From positions 79,174,001 through 79,238,000 of the forward strand of contig OZ024741.1 in assembly GCA_964016885.1 (NCBI GenBank): DNA of 64,000 nt, given 5' to 3'. Below the pieces are notes generated by a model, which saw nothing but the letters and a program-made list of their open reading frames with translations, ran no database searches and had not been told where the DNA came from. Below are positions 13,596 to 26,075 of the stretch, in pieces. The stretch's first letter is position 1; every line of letters starts with the position of its first letter. The DNA is from Eledone cirrhosa (Eukaryota). Position numbers and translations under genes: made by a program.

Positions 13596-16112
13596 ATGTA
13601 GGAGGTGAGTTTTATTGTAGTACAGTAAAGCAATGCAGATATCGGATAAGAAGCACTCTACAGTTTGTGGGACTGGAGTATGCATAATATAAGATCAAAA
13701 GATGGTTAAAGGAGTTCCATATATTTTATTATGCGCATTTCAAAAACAAACATCATCAAACAATAATATTTGTGTTTTCATCAGATAAAACAGGAGAACT
13801 AAAATATGAAGGCTAAAAATCACTTGTTGATAGTGCAGTTTTAAATCAACATATGAAAAGTGGTTTTAGATTGATGTGTGATATTGGGAAAAATATTTTA
13901 TTTAGAGAGGGGGGGGAGAAAAGGATGAAAAGGGAAGGAGATGAGAGGGAGAGATGGGTGATAGAGAGAAAGAGATAGTTTTTATAACTGAGAGGAGATA
14001 TATTTTATATAGAGGGGTTGAAAACCGTTGGAAGATACTGTATAAATTAAAAATTTTGAAAATTAACGAAGGGAGGATATGTGCGAGGAAAAAATATTTT
14101 ATTTAGGGAGGGAGGGGTGGAAAGGATGAAAAAAAGGGGAGGAGATGAGAGTGAACTGGAAAGGGAGAGATGGGTGATAGAGAGAAAGAGATAGTTTTTA
14201 TAACTGAGAAAAAGATATAATGTTTTAATATAGAGAGGTTGGGAACCGTTGGAAGATAATGTATAAATTAAAGGAATTTGAAAATTAACGAAGGGAAATT
14301 ATGTATGAAGATAGAGAGAAAAAAATAATAATTGTGGGTGAATATTCTAACGTCAAAAGAAGAAATGTATGTATTGTGGGAATTTCAAAATTAGCAAAGA
14401 GAAAAATGTTAAGGTTTATGTGTAGAAGGATTTGAGAAAAATAATGTGAAGTTAAAGTTTGTATATTGAATTCATATCTATTAATAATGAGTTCGTTGAT
14501 GGGGAGAAAAAAATAATAATAAATTAAGGATGAAATTGAGATTAAAAAGATTTATGATAGAGAGAAAAAATAATAATGATTGCGGATGAATACTCAAAAT
14601 GTCAAAAACAAATGTTATTGTTTTACGAGAAGATAGAATGAGGGTAATGAGTAAACGAGTATTATAGAGTGTATAATGCCCTTTAAAGTAAGGTAGATGG
14701 GTATATTTTAAAGAGGTGTATGTATATGTGCCTTTGAGAAAAGATTCTAAATTGATAAAGAATTGAATATTAATTGCATAAATTCCATAGAACTTTTCAC
14801 AAAGTATACAGTTAATATTCAATTCTTTATCAATTTAGAATCTTTTCTCAAAGGCACATATACATACACCTCTTTAAAATATACCCATCTACCTTACTTT
14901 AAAGGGCATTATACACTCTATAATACTCGTTTACTCATTACCCTCATTCTATCTTCTCGTAAAACAATAACATTTGTTTTTGACATTTTGAATATTCATC
15001 CGCAATCATTATTATTTTTTCTCTCTATCATAAATCTTTTTAATCTCAATTTCATCCTTAATTTATTATTATATTTTTTTTAATATATACTCATATATTC
15101 TTTAAAATATACCCATCTACCTTACTTTAAAGGGCATTATACACTCTATAATACTCGTTTACTCATTACCCTCATTCTATCTTCTCGTAAAACAATAACA
15201 TTTGTTTTTGACATTTTGAGTATTCATCCGCAATCATTATTATTTTTTCTCTCTATCATAAATCTTTTTAATCTCAATTTCATCCTTAATTTATTATTAT
15301 TTTTTTCTCCCCATCAACGAACTCATTATTAATAGATATGAATTCAATATACAAACTTTAACTTCACATTATTTTTCTCAAATCCTTCTACACATAAACC
15401 TTAACAATTTTTCTCTTTGCTAATTTTGAAATTCCCACAATACATACATTTCTTCTTTTGACGTTAGAATATTCACCCACAATTATTATTTTTTTCTCTC
15501 TATCTTCATACATAATTTCCCTTCGTTAATTTTCAAATTCCTTTAATTTATACATTATCTTCCAACGGTTCCCAACCTCTCTATATTAAAACATTATATC
15601 TTTTTCTCAGTTATAAAAACTATCTCTTTCTCTCTATCACCCATCTCTCCCTTTCCACCTTCACTCTCATCTCCTCCCCTTTTTTTCAGCCTTTCCACCC
15701 CCCCCCCCCTAAATAAAATATTTTTTCCTCGCACATATCCCCCCTTCGTTAATTTTCAAAATTTTTAATTTATACAGTATCTTCCAACGGTTTTCAACCC
15801 CTCTATATAAAATATATCTCCTCTCAGTTATAAAAACTATCTCTTTCTCTCTATCACCCATCTCTCTTTTCATCCTTTTCTCCCCCCCTCTCTAAATAAA
15901 ATATTTTTCCCAATATCACACATCAATCTAAAACCACTTTTCATATGTTGATTTAAAACTGCACTATCAACAAGTGTTTTTTAGCCTTCATATCATGTTC
16001 TCCTGTTTTATCTGATGAAAACACAAATATTATTGTTTGATGATGTTTGTTTTTGAAATGCGCATAATAAAATATATGGAACTCCTTTAACCATCTTTTG
16101 ATCTTATATTAT
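13596..16112. mobile_element. Large fold-back PLE-derived element (arms ~13685-14780 / ~14805-16112, plus left tail), same family as 10476-12320
   Basis: Reverse-complement arms with a ~24-nt loop. The right arm has an internal ~225-bp tandem duplication (~14872-15073 / ~15100-15300). HHR in each arm. TA flanks. Confidence 0.9.
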
Positions 16113-16113
16113 A

Positions 16114-16358
<245 letters not shown>

Positions 16359-16440
16359 AGAAGTTTATGAAATGGAAATGCGGGTATAAAGAATATATAT
16401 ATATATATATACATATATATATGTATATATATATATATAT

Positions 16441-17346
16441 TCCTTGCTCACATTCCAACCAGGTTTGATCGTCTTTATTCTCTCTCGTTCACGATTTCAC
16501 CGAATTTAAATTCATAGAAATTTGGGACTTGACTCCTTCTTCCTCACTTTTCGTTGCTTCACCATTTTTGTTTGTTTACACTCGTGTCCTCTTTATTTAC
16601 GTGTCCCAACGACATTTTTTAGCCGTTGCTCGCACCAACCGGAGGTATATGGTCTTTAAAGCGATGAAATACCAATGATGGTTGGAAGATCACTGATGAA
16701 GGACTAACTTTATTCATATGTAACCCATTAGCAACCCCGCAGCACGTTTATTCTCATATTTACACATATTTTTTTCCCCGCTGTTACCCGTCTATTTCGT
16801 TCTTACTGCTTCCTCTTTCTCTGTATCTTTACCCTCTCTAGCAGTCTCTGTCTCTGTTAGCCTCTTCCTCACCCTTCACTCACTCATTCTCTGTTACTAC
16901 CTCTCCTCCTCCTTCTTCTTCCCGTTTGACCTGTGCGTAATTCTTTTCTTTCGCACCCTTGGTCTAGCAGGTCGCTTTTTTTCTCTCTCTCGTCTACGAT
17001 TTCACAGAACTTACGTTCACCGAATTCACAGACTAGATCCCTTCTTCCTCCCATTAGACCTGTACGGAATTCCTTCCTTGCACACATTCCAACCAGGTTT
17101 GATGGTCTTTATTCTCTCTCGTTCACGATTTCACCGAATTTAAATTCATAGAAATTTGGGACTTGACTCCTTCCTCCTCACTTTTCGTTGCTTCACCATT
17201 TTTGTTTGTTTACACTCGTGGCCCCTTTATTTACGTGTCCCAACGACTTTTTTTAGCCGTTGCTCGCACCAACCGGAGGTATATGGTCTTTAAAGCGATG
17301 AAATACCAATGATGGTTGGAAGATCACTGATGAAGGACTAACTTTA

Positions 17347-17352
<6 letters not shown>
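16441..17352 (+). repeat. Partial tandem: ~278-bp direct repeats (16441-16718, 17074-17352) in a TA tract
   Basis: tccttgc.cacattccaaccagg...gatcaCTGATGAaggactaactttattcata occurs twice, period ~633 bp. Confidence 0.85.
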
Positions 17353-17392
<40 letters not shown>

Positions 17393-17395
<3 letters not shown>

Positions 17396-20300
17396 AAAAA
17401 TTGAACGGGAACAAAACAGAGAGGCAGTACGAACAAAGGTTTATTAGTTTCACGCACTTGAGAGTGGGGTGGTGGTGGGGAACGACGTTTCGGGCATAAG
17501 CCCTTCTTCAGGTGAAAAGTGTGTGGGAAGAGAGTTCCAAGGGTGTCTAGGGGAGTGGTGGAGAGACATATAGAACAAAGGGAATGAGAGGAAACGGTAT
17601 AAATGAAATTAAATATAAAGGCATGATCAAAATAAAATTAAAAATACACATGGAGTAAAACTGGTGGTGGAAGGGTGTGGGGCGTGTAGGGGTGGTGGCG
17701 GGTGGAGTGGGAAGAGGGAGACGGGGTGTCCGAGTGGGGAGGGCTGAAGGTGGTGTGTGTGTGTAGGTGAATGTGTGTGTGTGTATGTGAAAGTAAGAGT
17801 TGGGGGAAAAACGGGGTTGCATGTTCAGGAAGAGGTGTGTGTGGGGTGGGGTGTAGGTCGGAGTGTGTGTGCGTGTGTGGATAGAGGGGTGGGGGGGAGA
17901 GGATTCCGGAGGCTGAATGTGTAAATATGTGGTGGTACGCACGTGTGTGTGTGGTGTTTATGCGTGTTGTGGATGTAGGTGGCGTGTGGGGAAAATAAAT
18001 TTGTTTGGGTGTATGTCCAAGGGTGAGTCGTTAAGGTAATTCCGTAGACGGTGTGGTGAAATGCTGAGTAATATCCTTGGGATGTGGTGGATTCTCAGGA
18101 TCAAGGTTCACATATGTGTAATCCCTGAAGAGATTGGTCGGAAGAGGGGAGATGTGAGTGCGCGCGCAACAGGAAGTGGTCAGAGGGTCAAAGCAGGAGG
18201 AGGGTTGTGTTTCTGTGTGTGCGGGGAGGTGGTTAGAGAGGCATAGCAGCAGTAGGGTAGAATGGTAAGTGAAGAAAGTCGGTGTGTCAGTGTGTGCGGA
18301 GGTGCGGTGGACAGGGAATAGGATCGGTAGGTGTGAAAGCTGGAGTGAGGAGGGGGTGTGTGTGTATTAGTAGAGGTGTTAGTGGGATGTGTGTGTGTTT
18401 GAGAAAGGGTGTGGGTGGAGCGGGGAGAGAAGGGTGTGGGGAAAATGGAGGGAGTGTAGTGTACTGGTGTGTGTGTGCGTGTTTGGATGAGTGTGTGTGT
18501 GCTGAAGGGGGTGTTAGTGGGTGTTAGTATACTGGAGGTGGAGAAAGGGTTGAATGCGGGTGTAAGTGGGGGTCAGTGGTGGTAGGGTGTGTAGAGTGGG
18601 TGGTGTAAGAGGGTTTGTGTGTTTGTGTGCGTAGGGTTGGGGGTGTTAGTGATGTTAGTTGCGTGTAGAGTGGATGGTTTAAGTGGGTGTGTGTGTTCGT
18701 GTGCTTGGGGTCGGTGGGTGTTAGTGATGTTAGTTGCGGGGTGGTGGGGTGGATGTGTGGGGCTGAGGGTTAGTGGTGGTTGTAGGGTGTGTGTTTAGTG
18801 TGAGCGCGTGTATATATGTACCGGTGGGTGTGTGCGTGTGATAAGGAGGGGGAGGAGAAGAAGGGAGGGATGTTAGTATGTTAGTTGGGGAAGGCTGGTC
18901 GGGTGTGGGGTGGTGTTAGTATTGTTAGTTGTGGGGTGGGCGGTGAAAAGGAGGGGTGTGTTAGTGGTGTTAGTAGGGGATATGTGTGGGGGGAGGGGGG
19001 CGGTCGAAGGCTAAAGGAATAATGGTGGGGAGTTCAGGCCGGGGGGAGTGTGGGTCTGTAAGGTGAAGATGGTTCGTTGTTCGACCCTGAGGAGAGTGGC
19101 GGGTGTTCCGTGGCATTGGAGTAGGCTACAGACTGTGAGGTGGTGTGCGGAATGTCCATGGGCACCAAAGTGGCGGGCGATGGGGGAACTACCACCGAGA
19201 CGAATATCCCGGAGGTCTTCAGTAAACCCGTCCGCCAGGTGACGTCCAGTCTGTCCGACGTAAGTCGCGCTGCACTCCGTGCAGCGAAATCCGTGGGTGC
19301 AGCGGAAAGCATGCCGGACAGAGAGAGAGTGGCCGTTGGGACCCTGGAATGTGGTGGTGTTGGTGATGTGGGGACAGGTGTTGCAGCGGGGCCTAGAACA
19401 GGGAAAGGAACGGGGGGGAAGAGAGCGTGGGTTGGGGGGTAGGGAGCTGTGGACGAGGAGGGTGCGGAGATTGCGTGTGCGTTTGAAGGAGGGGAGTGGT
19501 GGTGTTGGGAAGATGTGGGAGGTGGAGGGGTCGGACTGGAGGCGTCGGAAGTGGCGGAGGATGGTGTGGTGGTGGGGGGAAGTATGGTGGAGGGGGGGTA
19601 GGTGATGATGAAGGGAAGACGGTTGGTGGGTGTGCGGTGGCGTGGGGTGAGGGTGGTGGAGCGGTGGACAGCACGGGCGCGGGTGAGAGCGGTGTGGACG
19701 AGAGAGGGGGGGGGAACCTCTGCGGATGAAATGGCTGACTAGGGAAAGGGCCTGGGACTCAAAGTCAGCATCTCGGCTACAGAGGCTGTGGATCCTGAGG
19801 AATTGGGAGTAGGGAATAGAGTGTTTAGTGTGTGTGGGGTGGGAAGAGGTGAAGTCGAGGTAGGAGTGGGAGTTGGTGGGTTTGAAGAAGGCGGAAGTAA
19901 CGAGGGAGTGGTGGGAGGGGTCGAAGGCGACGGAGATGTCTAAGAAGTGGACGAGGGTGGTGGAGATAGAGGTGTTGAAGTGGAGGGAGGGGTGGAAGGA
20001 GCAGAAGAAGGAGAGAAAGGAGTCGAGCTGTTCTCGGGTGAGGGTCGTGGCTCCGATGCAGTCGTCGATGTAACGACCGTACAGTTCGGGCATGGGGCCG
20101 GTGTACTGGGCAAAGATTTGGGCCTCAACATGGCCAACAAAAAGGTTGGCATAGTTTGGGCCCATTCTTGTACCCATGGCTACCCCCGTGACTTGGTGGT
20201 AAAACTCACCCGAGAAGGAGAAACAGTTGAGGGTGAGGACCAGCTCGGCGAGGAGAAGGAGGGTGGGGTGGAGGGGAAGGGATGGGGGAGGGGCGAAGGT

Positions 20301-21565
20301 CACGGTAGTAATTGAGGGCACGTAGGCTGTCGGCGTGGGGGATGACGGTATAGAGGGACTTGATGTCTAGGGTGAAGAGGAATGGCTGTGGCCCGGGTGG
20401 GTAGGTGAAGGAGTCGAAAAGGCGCAGGGCATGGTTGGTGTCGGAGATGTCGGAGGGGAAGGTGGTGACAAGGGGGGCGAGGATGGAGTCAAGAAAGGCG
20501 GAGATGAGTCGGTGGGGCAGTTGCAAGCGGAGACGATGGGGCGGCCGGGGTTGTCGGGTTTGTGGAATTTGAGGAGGAAGTAGATGGTGGGGGTGCTGGG
20601 GGTGCGGACGATGAGGTGGGAAGAGGGGGGGGGAGAAGGTGTTGGATGGTGGAGGAAACTTGTTGTTGATAGAGGGGTGTGGGATCGGAGGGTAGAGGGC
20701 GGTAGAAGAAGGGGTTACGGAGCTGCTTGAGGGCTTCGGCCGTGTAGAGGTCCGCGCGCCACACCACCACGGTGCCTTCCTTGTCCGCCGGTTTGATGAC
20801 GATGTCATCTCGGCTACGGAGGGAGCGGAGAGCGAGGAGTTCGCCCCGTGTGATGTTATTCCGTTTGGAACGGTGGCGGAAGTCGAAACGATTTACTGCG
20901 CTACGGCTGGCATCGACGAACGCGTCCAGTGTGCTAAATTGCCCTGGGGCCGGCGTCCAAGAAGATGGTCGTCGGCCCAGGGCGAGAAACGGGTCTGGGG
21001 CGTTCGGAGCCGGTGGCGTTCGACCGAAATGTGCCTGTAGCTTCGTGCGTCGCACGAATCGCTCGACTTCCGTTCGGGTGCGGAACTCGACGCTGTGCGG
21101 AGTGTGGGGTATGAAGCGAAGACCTCTACTAAGGAGTGAGCGCTCAGGTGCGGAGAGGGGGAGGTCAGGGGGTATGGTGACAACAAGTGGTGGGGTTTGG
21201 GTGTGTGAGGGAGGAAGGGAGGGTGTGGTGAGGGGTGAGGTGGAGGGTGGAGATTGGGTAGGGGTGTGGGTAGAGGCAGGGGTGAGAGTGGTGGGGATGA
21301 GTGTGGGGGACTCATAGGGATGGGCGGGTGGTGGTGGATGGGGGTGGTTGGGAGGAGTGAGTGTAGCTTACGGGCTTTGGTGGAGGTGAGGAAGGAGAAG
21401 AGGTCGTGGTTGAGGTTTTGGATGAAGAGGAGGATGGCGTGGGCGAGGAGGGGGTGACAGGTGGAGTTAAGGCGGAGGAGGGTGGAGCGGGAGGCACGGA
21501 TGGAGTTGCGCATTTGGAGGCGTGAGGATCGGGTGAGGATACGTTGGGTGGAGGGGGAAGCGGGA
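17393..21565 (-). mobile_element. GC-rich Penelope-like element (Neptune-type), frameshifted RT + GIY-YIG, long 3' UTR, terminal HHR
   Basis: DIVIKPADK, RP(I)VS, LDIKSLYTVIPH, GVAMGTRMGPNYANLF, RYIDD, FLD, KPTNSHSYL..SSHP, IPYSQFLR, CSRPRCNTC linker, YVGQTGR, GLN stop at 19011. TA flanks. Confidence 0.92.
17481..17516 (-). ncRNA. Minimal hammerhead ribozyme of the Neptune-like PLE
   Basis: Minus strand: CTGAAGA-a gggc ttat gccc-GAAA-cg-TC. Related motifs at 31541-31576 (+), 49062-49092 (-), ~35356 (+), ~39905-39930 (-). Confidence 0.8.
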
Positions 21566-21591
21566 TATATATATATATATATATATACATA

Positions 21592-22619
21592 TATAATATA
21601 AAGCTGACGGTCGTATGTATGTAACAAACTTTTCGCCAAACAGCTGGACTAAACAGCACCAAATTTGCACCATAGATGGAACTTTTTCAAAGTAAAAAAG
21701 TGGGGGTATTTTTGTCTACTGAATTTTGTTAAAATATTAAAGACATTATTTAAATATTCACTTGTTTAAAATTTCAAATGTCAGCACTTCCGGTTATACG
21801 ACATTCCTCTCTTTTTCTTAGTCTGTCTTTTTAGATAGATACATAGCTATAACGTCGCGCCCTTATAATATGGTATTATATACAGAGGTATGTCTGGCTG
21901 TCTGCATTACATAACGTTTTTCTAAATACTTACATCTGCGTTCGCAGATTGATTTTTTAGTTTCAGAAGATCCCGTTAAGGGTGAAAGAGCGATTCTTAG
22001 CTTAAACTTTAATCTGTTATTTTAATATATATATTCGTGTACAGATATTTTCGCACACACAAAAACAAAATATAAACAAACCTATTTATTTCACGAAAGC
22101 ACAGACGGCTTATCGTCATTGTTACTTCCGATATGCCATCCAAAAAGACCCAGCCTGGCCGCAAGATCAGATTTTCCAGAAGAAAAAATGTTACTAGAGC
22201 AAGAGAGTCTGAAGAAGATCATGAACTTCGCCTTCAGCAGATGAGGACTCAAGCGAGAGCCATTCGATCAGCCCAGTCTCAAGAGCAGCGCCAGTCTCGC
22301 CTTCAGCAACTGAGGTCCCGTGCTGAAGGCAGGAGACCAACACAGACAGAACAAGCCAGATTGGAGCAGATGAGTTCACAAGCTGATTGCATCAACATTG
22401 CATTACAGCATCAGTGTGCCATACAGGTCCTTGCAAAACTGAGTCCGTATTCTTAACTATTCAAATCCAACATCAGAGCACGTTAACCCCCGCCCCTCGC
22501 TGACTTGAGAGGGAGTGCGGTATCTTTGCACTGGATTGGAGGAGGGATTCCTGAAAAGATAAAATGCCGGTATACCTAGCCGGGCGCCAGCCGGACGGGC
22601 CAGCCGGACGGGCCAGATA

Positions 22620-22620
<1 letters not shown>
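21592..22620 (+). mobile_element. Non-autonomous Helitron with RepHel N-terminal remnant
   Basis: Helitron-like 5' end (tataaagctg..gtatgtatgt..aaacagctggac..aaatttgca). ORF 22133-22456 has E/Q/R-rich 'ESEEDHELRL / QSQEQRQSRL' repeats typical of the RepHel N-terminus. GC-rich 3' end closing ..ggccagATAG|T (CTAG-like). Confidence 0.6.
21944..22015 (+). ncRNA. Hammerhead ribozyme, CAGAAGA variant (PLE fragment nested in the Helitron)
   Basis: Near-identical to 3361-3433. Confidence 0.6.
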
Positions 22621-22704
<84 letters not shown>

Positions 22705-23315
22705 TGTGTTTGTTTGTTTGTGTGTGCGTGTGTTCTTGTAACTATTTTGGTGCATATATTTTATAGATCTACATGAAATTATTTCATTATGTTAAAGATT
22801 TCGGTCATGTCTTATATTGCGTTTGTTTTATAACGTAACATCGAAACTTTCTGCATTGTTAAAGATTCCGAGTATTATATTTTCAAAGCGTAACACTCGA
22901 ACACATACCACAACAAACTGGATAAAACAATAGATTTCCAAACCTAATGTTTTTCTGATGACAACTTCATTGGATACCCTTTTCCCACATTTCTCACGCA
23001 GAACTTGGTCTTGATGTTAACTTCATTTATATCTCAGAGTAAAACGTAACAAAGAAAAGAAGCAATAGTTTATTTGTTTATATGCCTGAATATGAAGACG
23101 CCACTGCATATGAGAGGTTTCAACTGTCCTATTCTACCATTGTAATTAGATATTTTTCGTTGAAAATGTGTAGTCAAGAATATGCAATTAAGAAATGGTA
23201 ATTAATGTTTAATAGTGGGCTAGAAGGTAAGGTATGAATGGAAAGGAAAAAGAACACATTTGAAAGAATTAATTGCGATTAGTTTTTAAATTTTAATTAT
23301 CTTTAATTACCTTTA

Positions 23316-23730
23316 GGGTAGTCGATTGGCACAGTCGGTAAAACGAAGAAGAAAAAGCTATGAGGTATTCAATTATTAAGGTTAGTGTTCTGAGTTCAGC
23401 TCTACTCGAGTGCAACTTTACCTTTTTAATCCATTCAGGGCCGATAAATCAAAATGCCAGTTAACTACCAGGTCAATTTTATCAGTTACTTACCTATCCA
23501 ATAGGTTCAAGGTTTGGGACTCTGCTAGAAATCAATTGTTCCCAGAGTCGTCGATGACATATTTTACCAAATTAAATGCCTTGTAGTATTTCAGTAATTT
23601 TTTAATACGTTCTAATTTCAAATCCCATAGTTATCGATTATATATTTCCTCTTTTCTCTGTTCGATAATGTAATTACTAATTATTAATCAAGTACCAAGG
23701 TCGATATAATCGATAACGTATTCATCATCT
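23316..23730 (+). mobile_element. Two decayed copies of the cephalopod-type SINE seen at 43999
   Basis: gattggca..gttctgagttca..ccattcagggccgataaa..ccag and a second remnant at ~23575-23720. Confidence 0.5.
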
Positions 23731-23881
23731 AACTACTGGCTTGATTTAATTGATTGTACCCTCTCCACAAATCACAAATGTGCTGCTTTGCATAAATCGC
23801 TAAAGTGAAGGAAACGCCATGCGGTATTCCGTTACTACTCTCTCTAATATATAATATAATACAATATAATATAATATAATA

Positions 23882-23940
<59 letters not shown>

Positions 23941-24050
23941 CCAGGGAGTGTAACTTTGAGTTACTGTAGGTCCACCCGGGTGAGCACTCGATGTTTAGGT
24001 TCACTTCAGTGTCGAGGTGTAGAGCTATACAGAGTGTATATATATATATA

Positions 24051-24404
24051 TAAAGAAAAAGAGATGAAATCGAAAATGCAACTGGAGTCTTATTTTTTAA
24101 AAAAAATATATATTTATTTGGTTCCTTTACCGGTTTCGCAGTTATTCTGCTTTTCAAAAGGTGAGTTGAGATGGAGGGTCTGTGGTTTTTCTCACATCTG
24201 ATGTGAGAAAAACCACAGACCCTCCATCTCAACTCACCTTTTGAAAAGCAGAATAACTGCGAAACCGGTAAAGGAACCAAATAAATATATATTTTTTTAA
24301 AAAAATAAGACTCCAGTTGCATTTTCGATTTCATCTCTTTTTCTTTATACTTTCACTCGTGTAGGACACCTCGGTTATTTTTCATTTTGTAAAAAAAACC
24401 TCAC

Positions 24405-24411
<7 letters not shown>
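24051..24411. mobile_element. Essentially perfect ~148-bp-arm palindrome centred at 24199, plus ~62-nt right tail; PLE 3' end with degenerate HHR
   Basis: ctcacatc-T-gatgtgag centre. cctt-ttgaaaa-gcag aataa ctgc-GAAA-ccgg-TA-aagg. A non-palindromic copy of the family is at 44813-45006. Confidence 0.85.
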
Positions 24412-24475
<64 letters not shown>

Positions 24476-24481
<6 letters not shown>

Positions 24482-25274
24482 CATTCAAACAATGCGTACA
24501 CCAATGTATAAGTAAAATATAAATTACATTTCTGAATAGAAAAGTGGCAGTGACTTTGGAATTTCAGCTCGGTCGCTTCATCCGGCTGCGTTTTGTGGGT
24601 TTGGAGCTTACTTATGTATATTGTTTATATCAGGCTAGGTTGTAGTAGGATTTAGTAAGGGTAGAAAGGCTATTTGTAATGGTCTATCAAATGCGTATGT
24701 CTGTTTCTGTATGTATTTTTGATAGTTGATTAATTTGTATTGAGCCTCATAAGTGTGTGTGTGTGTGTGGATGTGTGAGTGCATGCATCTGCGTGTGTGT
24801 GTGTATTTTGTTGGGAGATGTTAAGTGATAGGAGTTTATACATGAATAAATAAAGGAGCAGACATATTGGTTATTCACAATTAGATGTAAGGAAATATTA
24901 AAGAGTTCTTTTTTGTTTTTGTTTATTATTCTAGGGTTGCTGAAGCGTGCAAAGTAGATTAAGAAAGATAAGCAGTGCTGGTATATTTTTATATTTGCTT
25001 CTTTTGTGGCAAGTGTGTTTGAATGGTAGTATTTGAATGCTTGGATTTTGGTTGCTGGTGTACTGTTGTAACGTAACTTGTTTTTGTGATATCTATCTTA
25101 TAAGGTGTCATTATAGGAAGTGGTTATTTCTTTGGACACTGATTTATTGGAAGATAAATTGGATAATCTCGGAAAAACAATTCTTTTTAGTATACTAGGA
25201 GAGTCGTTGGAGAATTGCCTATTTGTGGAAAGTGTCACGTTATAGTCCTTTATACTGAACTGAAAAACATTGAG

Positions 25275-25275
<1 letters not shown>
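24476..25275 (-). mobile_element. Internally deleted PLE remnant with HHR
   Basis: Minus-strand peptide SPSILKRIV..RLSNLSSNKSV..SYNDTL resembles the PLE RT thumb. HHR at 24546-24590: gcagc-CGGATGA-agc gaccga gct-GAAA-ttccaaag-TC-actgc. Confidence 0.6.
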
Positions 25276-25300
<25 letters not shown>

Positions 25301-25306
<6 letters not shown>

Positions 25307-26044
25307 TACCAAAATAAACGGTAGTGTCCAATCCGTATGAAGAACTCAATGTAATCCAAATATAGAAGATATCATGAAAAGAGAAAATGCATTCAAAATT
25401 TAACGATAAAAATCATAGGAAAACAGAGTCAAGATAAATTAATAAAAACAATGAAATAAAAACAAAGAACAGGTTCCTTATATTGAAAAAATCATAATTT
25501 TACGATCGTTTCTGGGATATATATGTGTGTGTTGGTATGTATATCATATTAAAGATCTATGTAAAAAAATATTACAAATTATCAGAGGAGATATACATAC
25601 CTTCACTTATATATGCCATCTTCATAAATGATGAAGTATGTTTATTGAAAGAAATTATTAATACAAAAGTCTGTTTGGTTTTGAATTGACCAATAGAAAA
25701 GAGTTAGAGTAACAGTAGTGGAAACTTTATGTTAGGAGTGAAGGAATGTAAATTTATGCTTTGAATGAAAAGAATACAGTGAGGAAGAGAAAGGTATGGT
25801 TAAAATGAGGTCAAGTCAATGAGATAGTGAAGGATTCCCCCAAAAAATTGATGTTATTAAAGAATGTTGTTAAAAGCATAGGGAAAATAATTTTTTGTGG
25901 GATGAGAGTGTTAGTCAGAAATACTACTCCTGTTTAAATTTCAAGGAACCTAGATACATAAAAGGAAATTAAATTAATTGATAGGTATACTTACAGAGTT
26001 AAAATTATATTAATTCTTATGGATGTGATAAATAAAGAAGTAAA

Positions 26045-26075
<31 letters not shown>

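Noticed and set aside
14481-15083. Mirror-image ORF pairs (also 23729/23956, 52281/52530, 53833/54936)
   Set aside because: A by-product of inverted repeats; no recognisable domain.
19034-21457. Plus-strand and alternate-frame ORFs over the GC-rich PLE
   Set aside because: Shadow ORFs caused by high GC and strand skew.
22955-22975. Isolated CTGATGA heptamers (also ~42449, ~53284)
   Set aside because: No stem II/GAAA arrangement follows.
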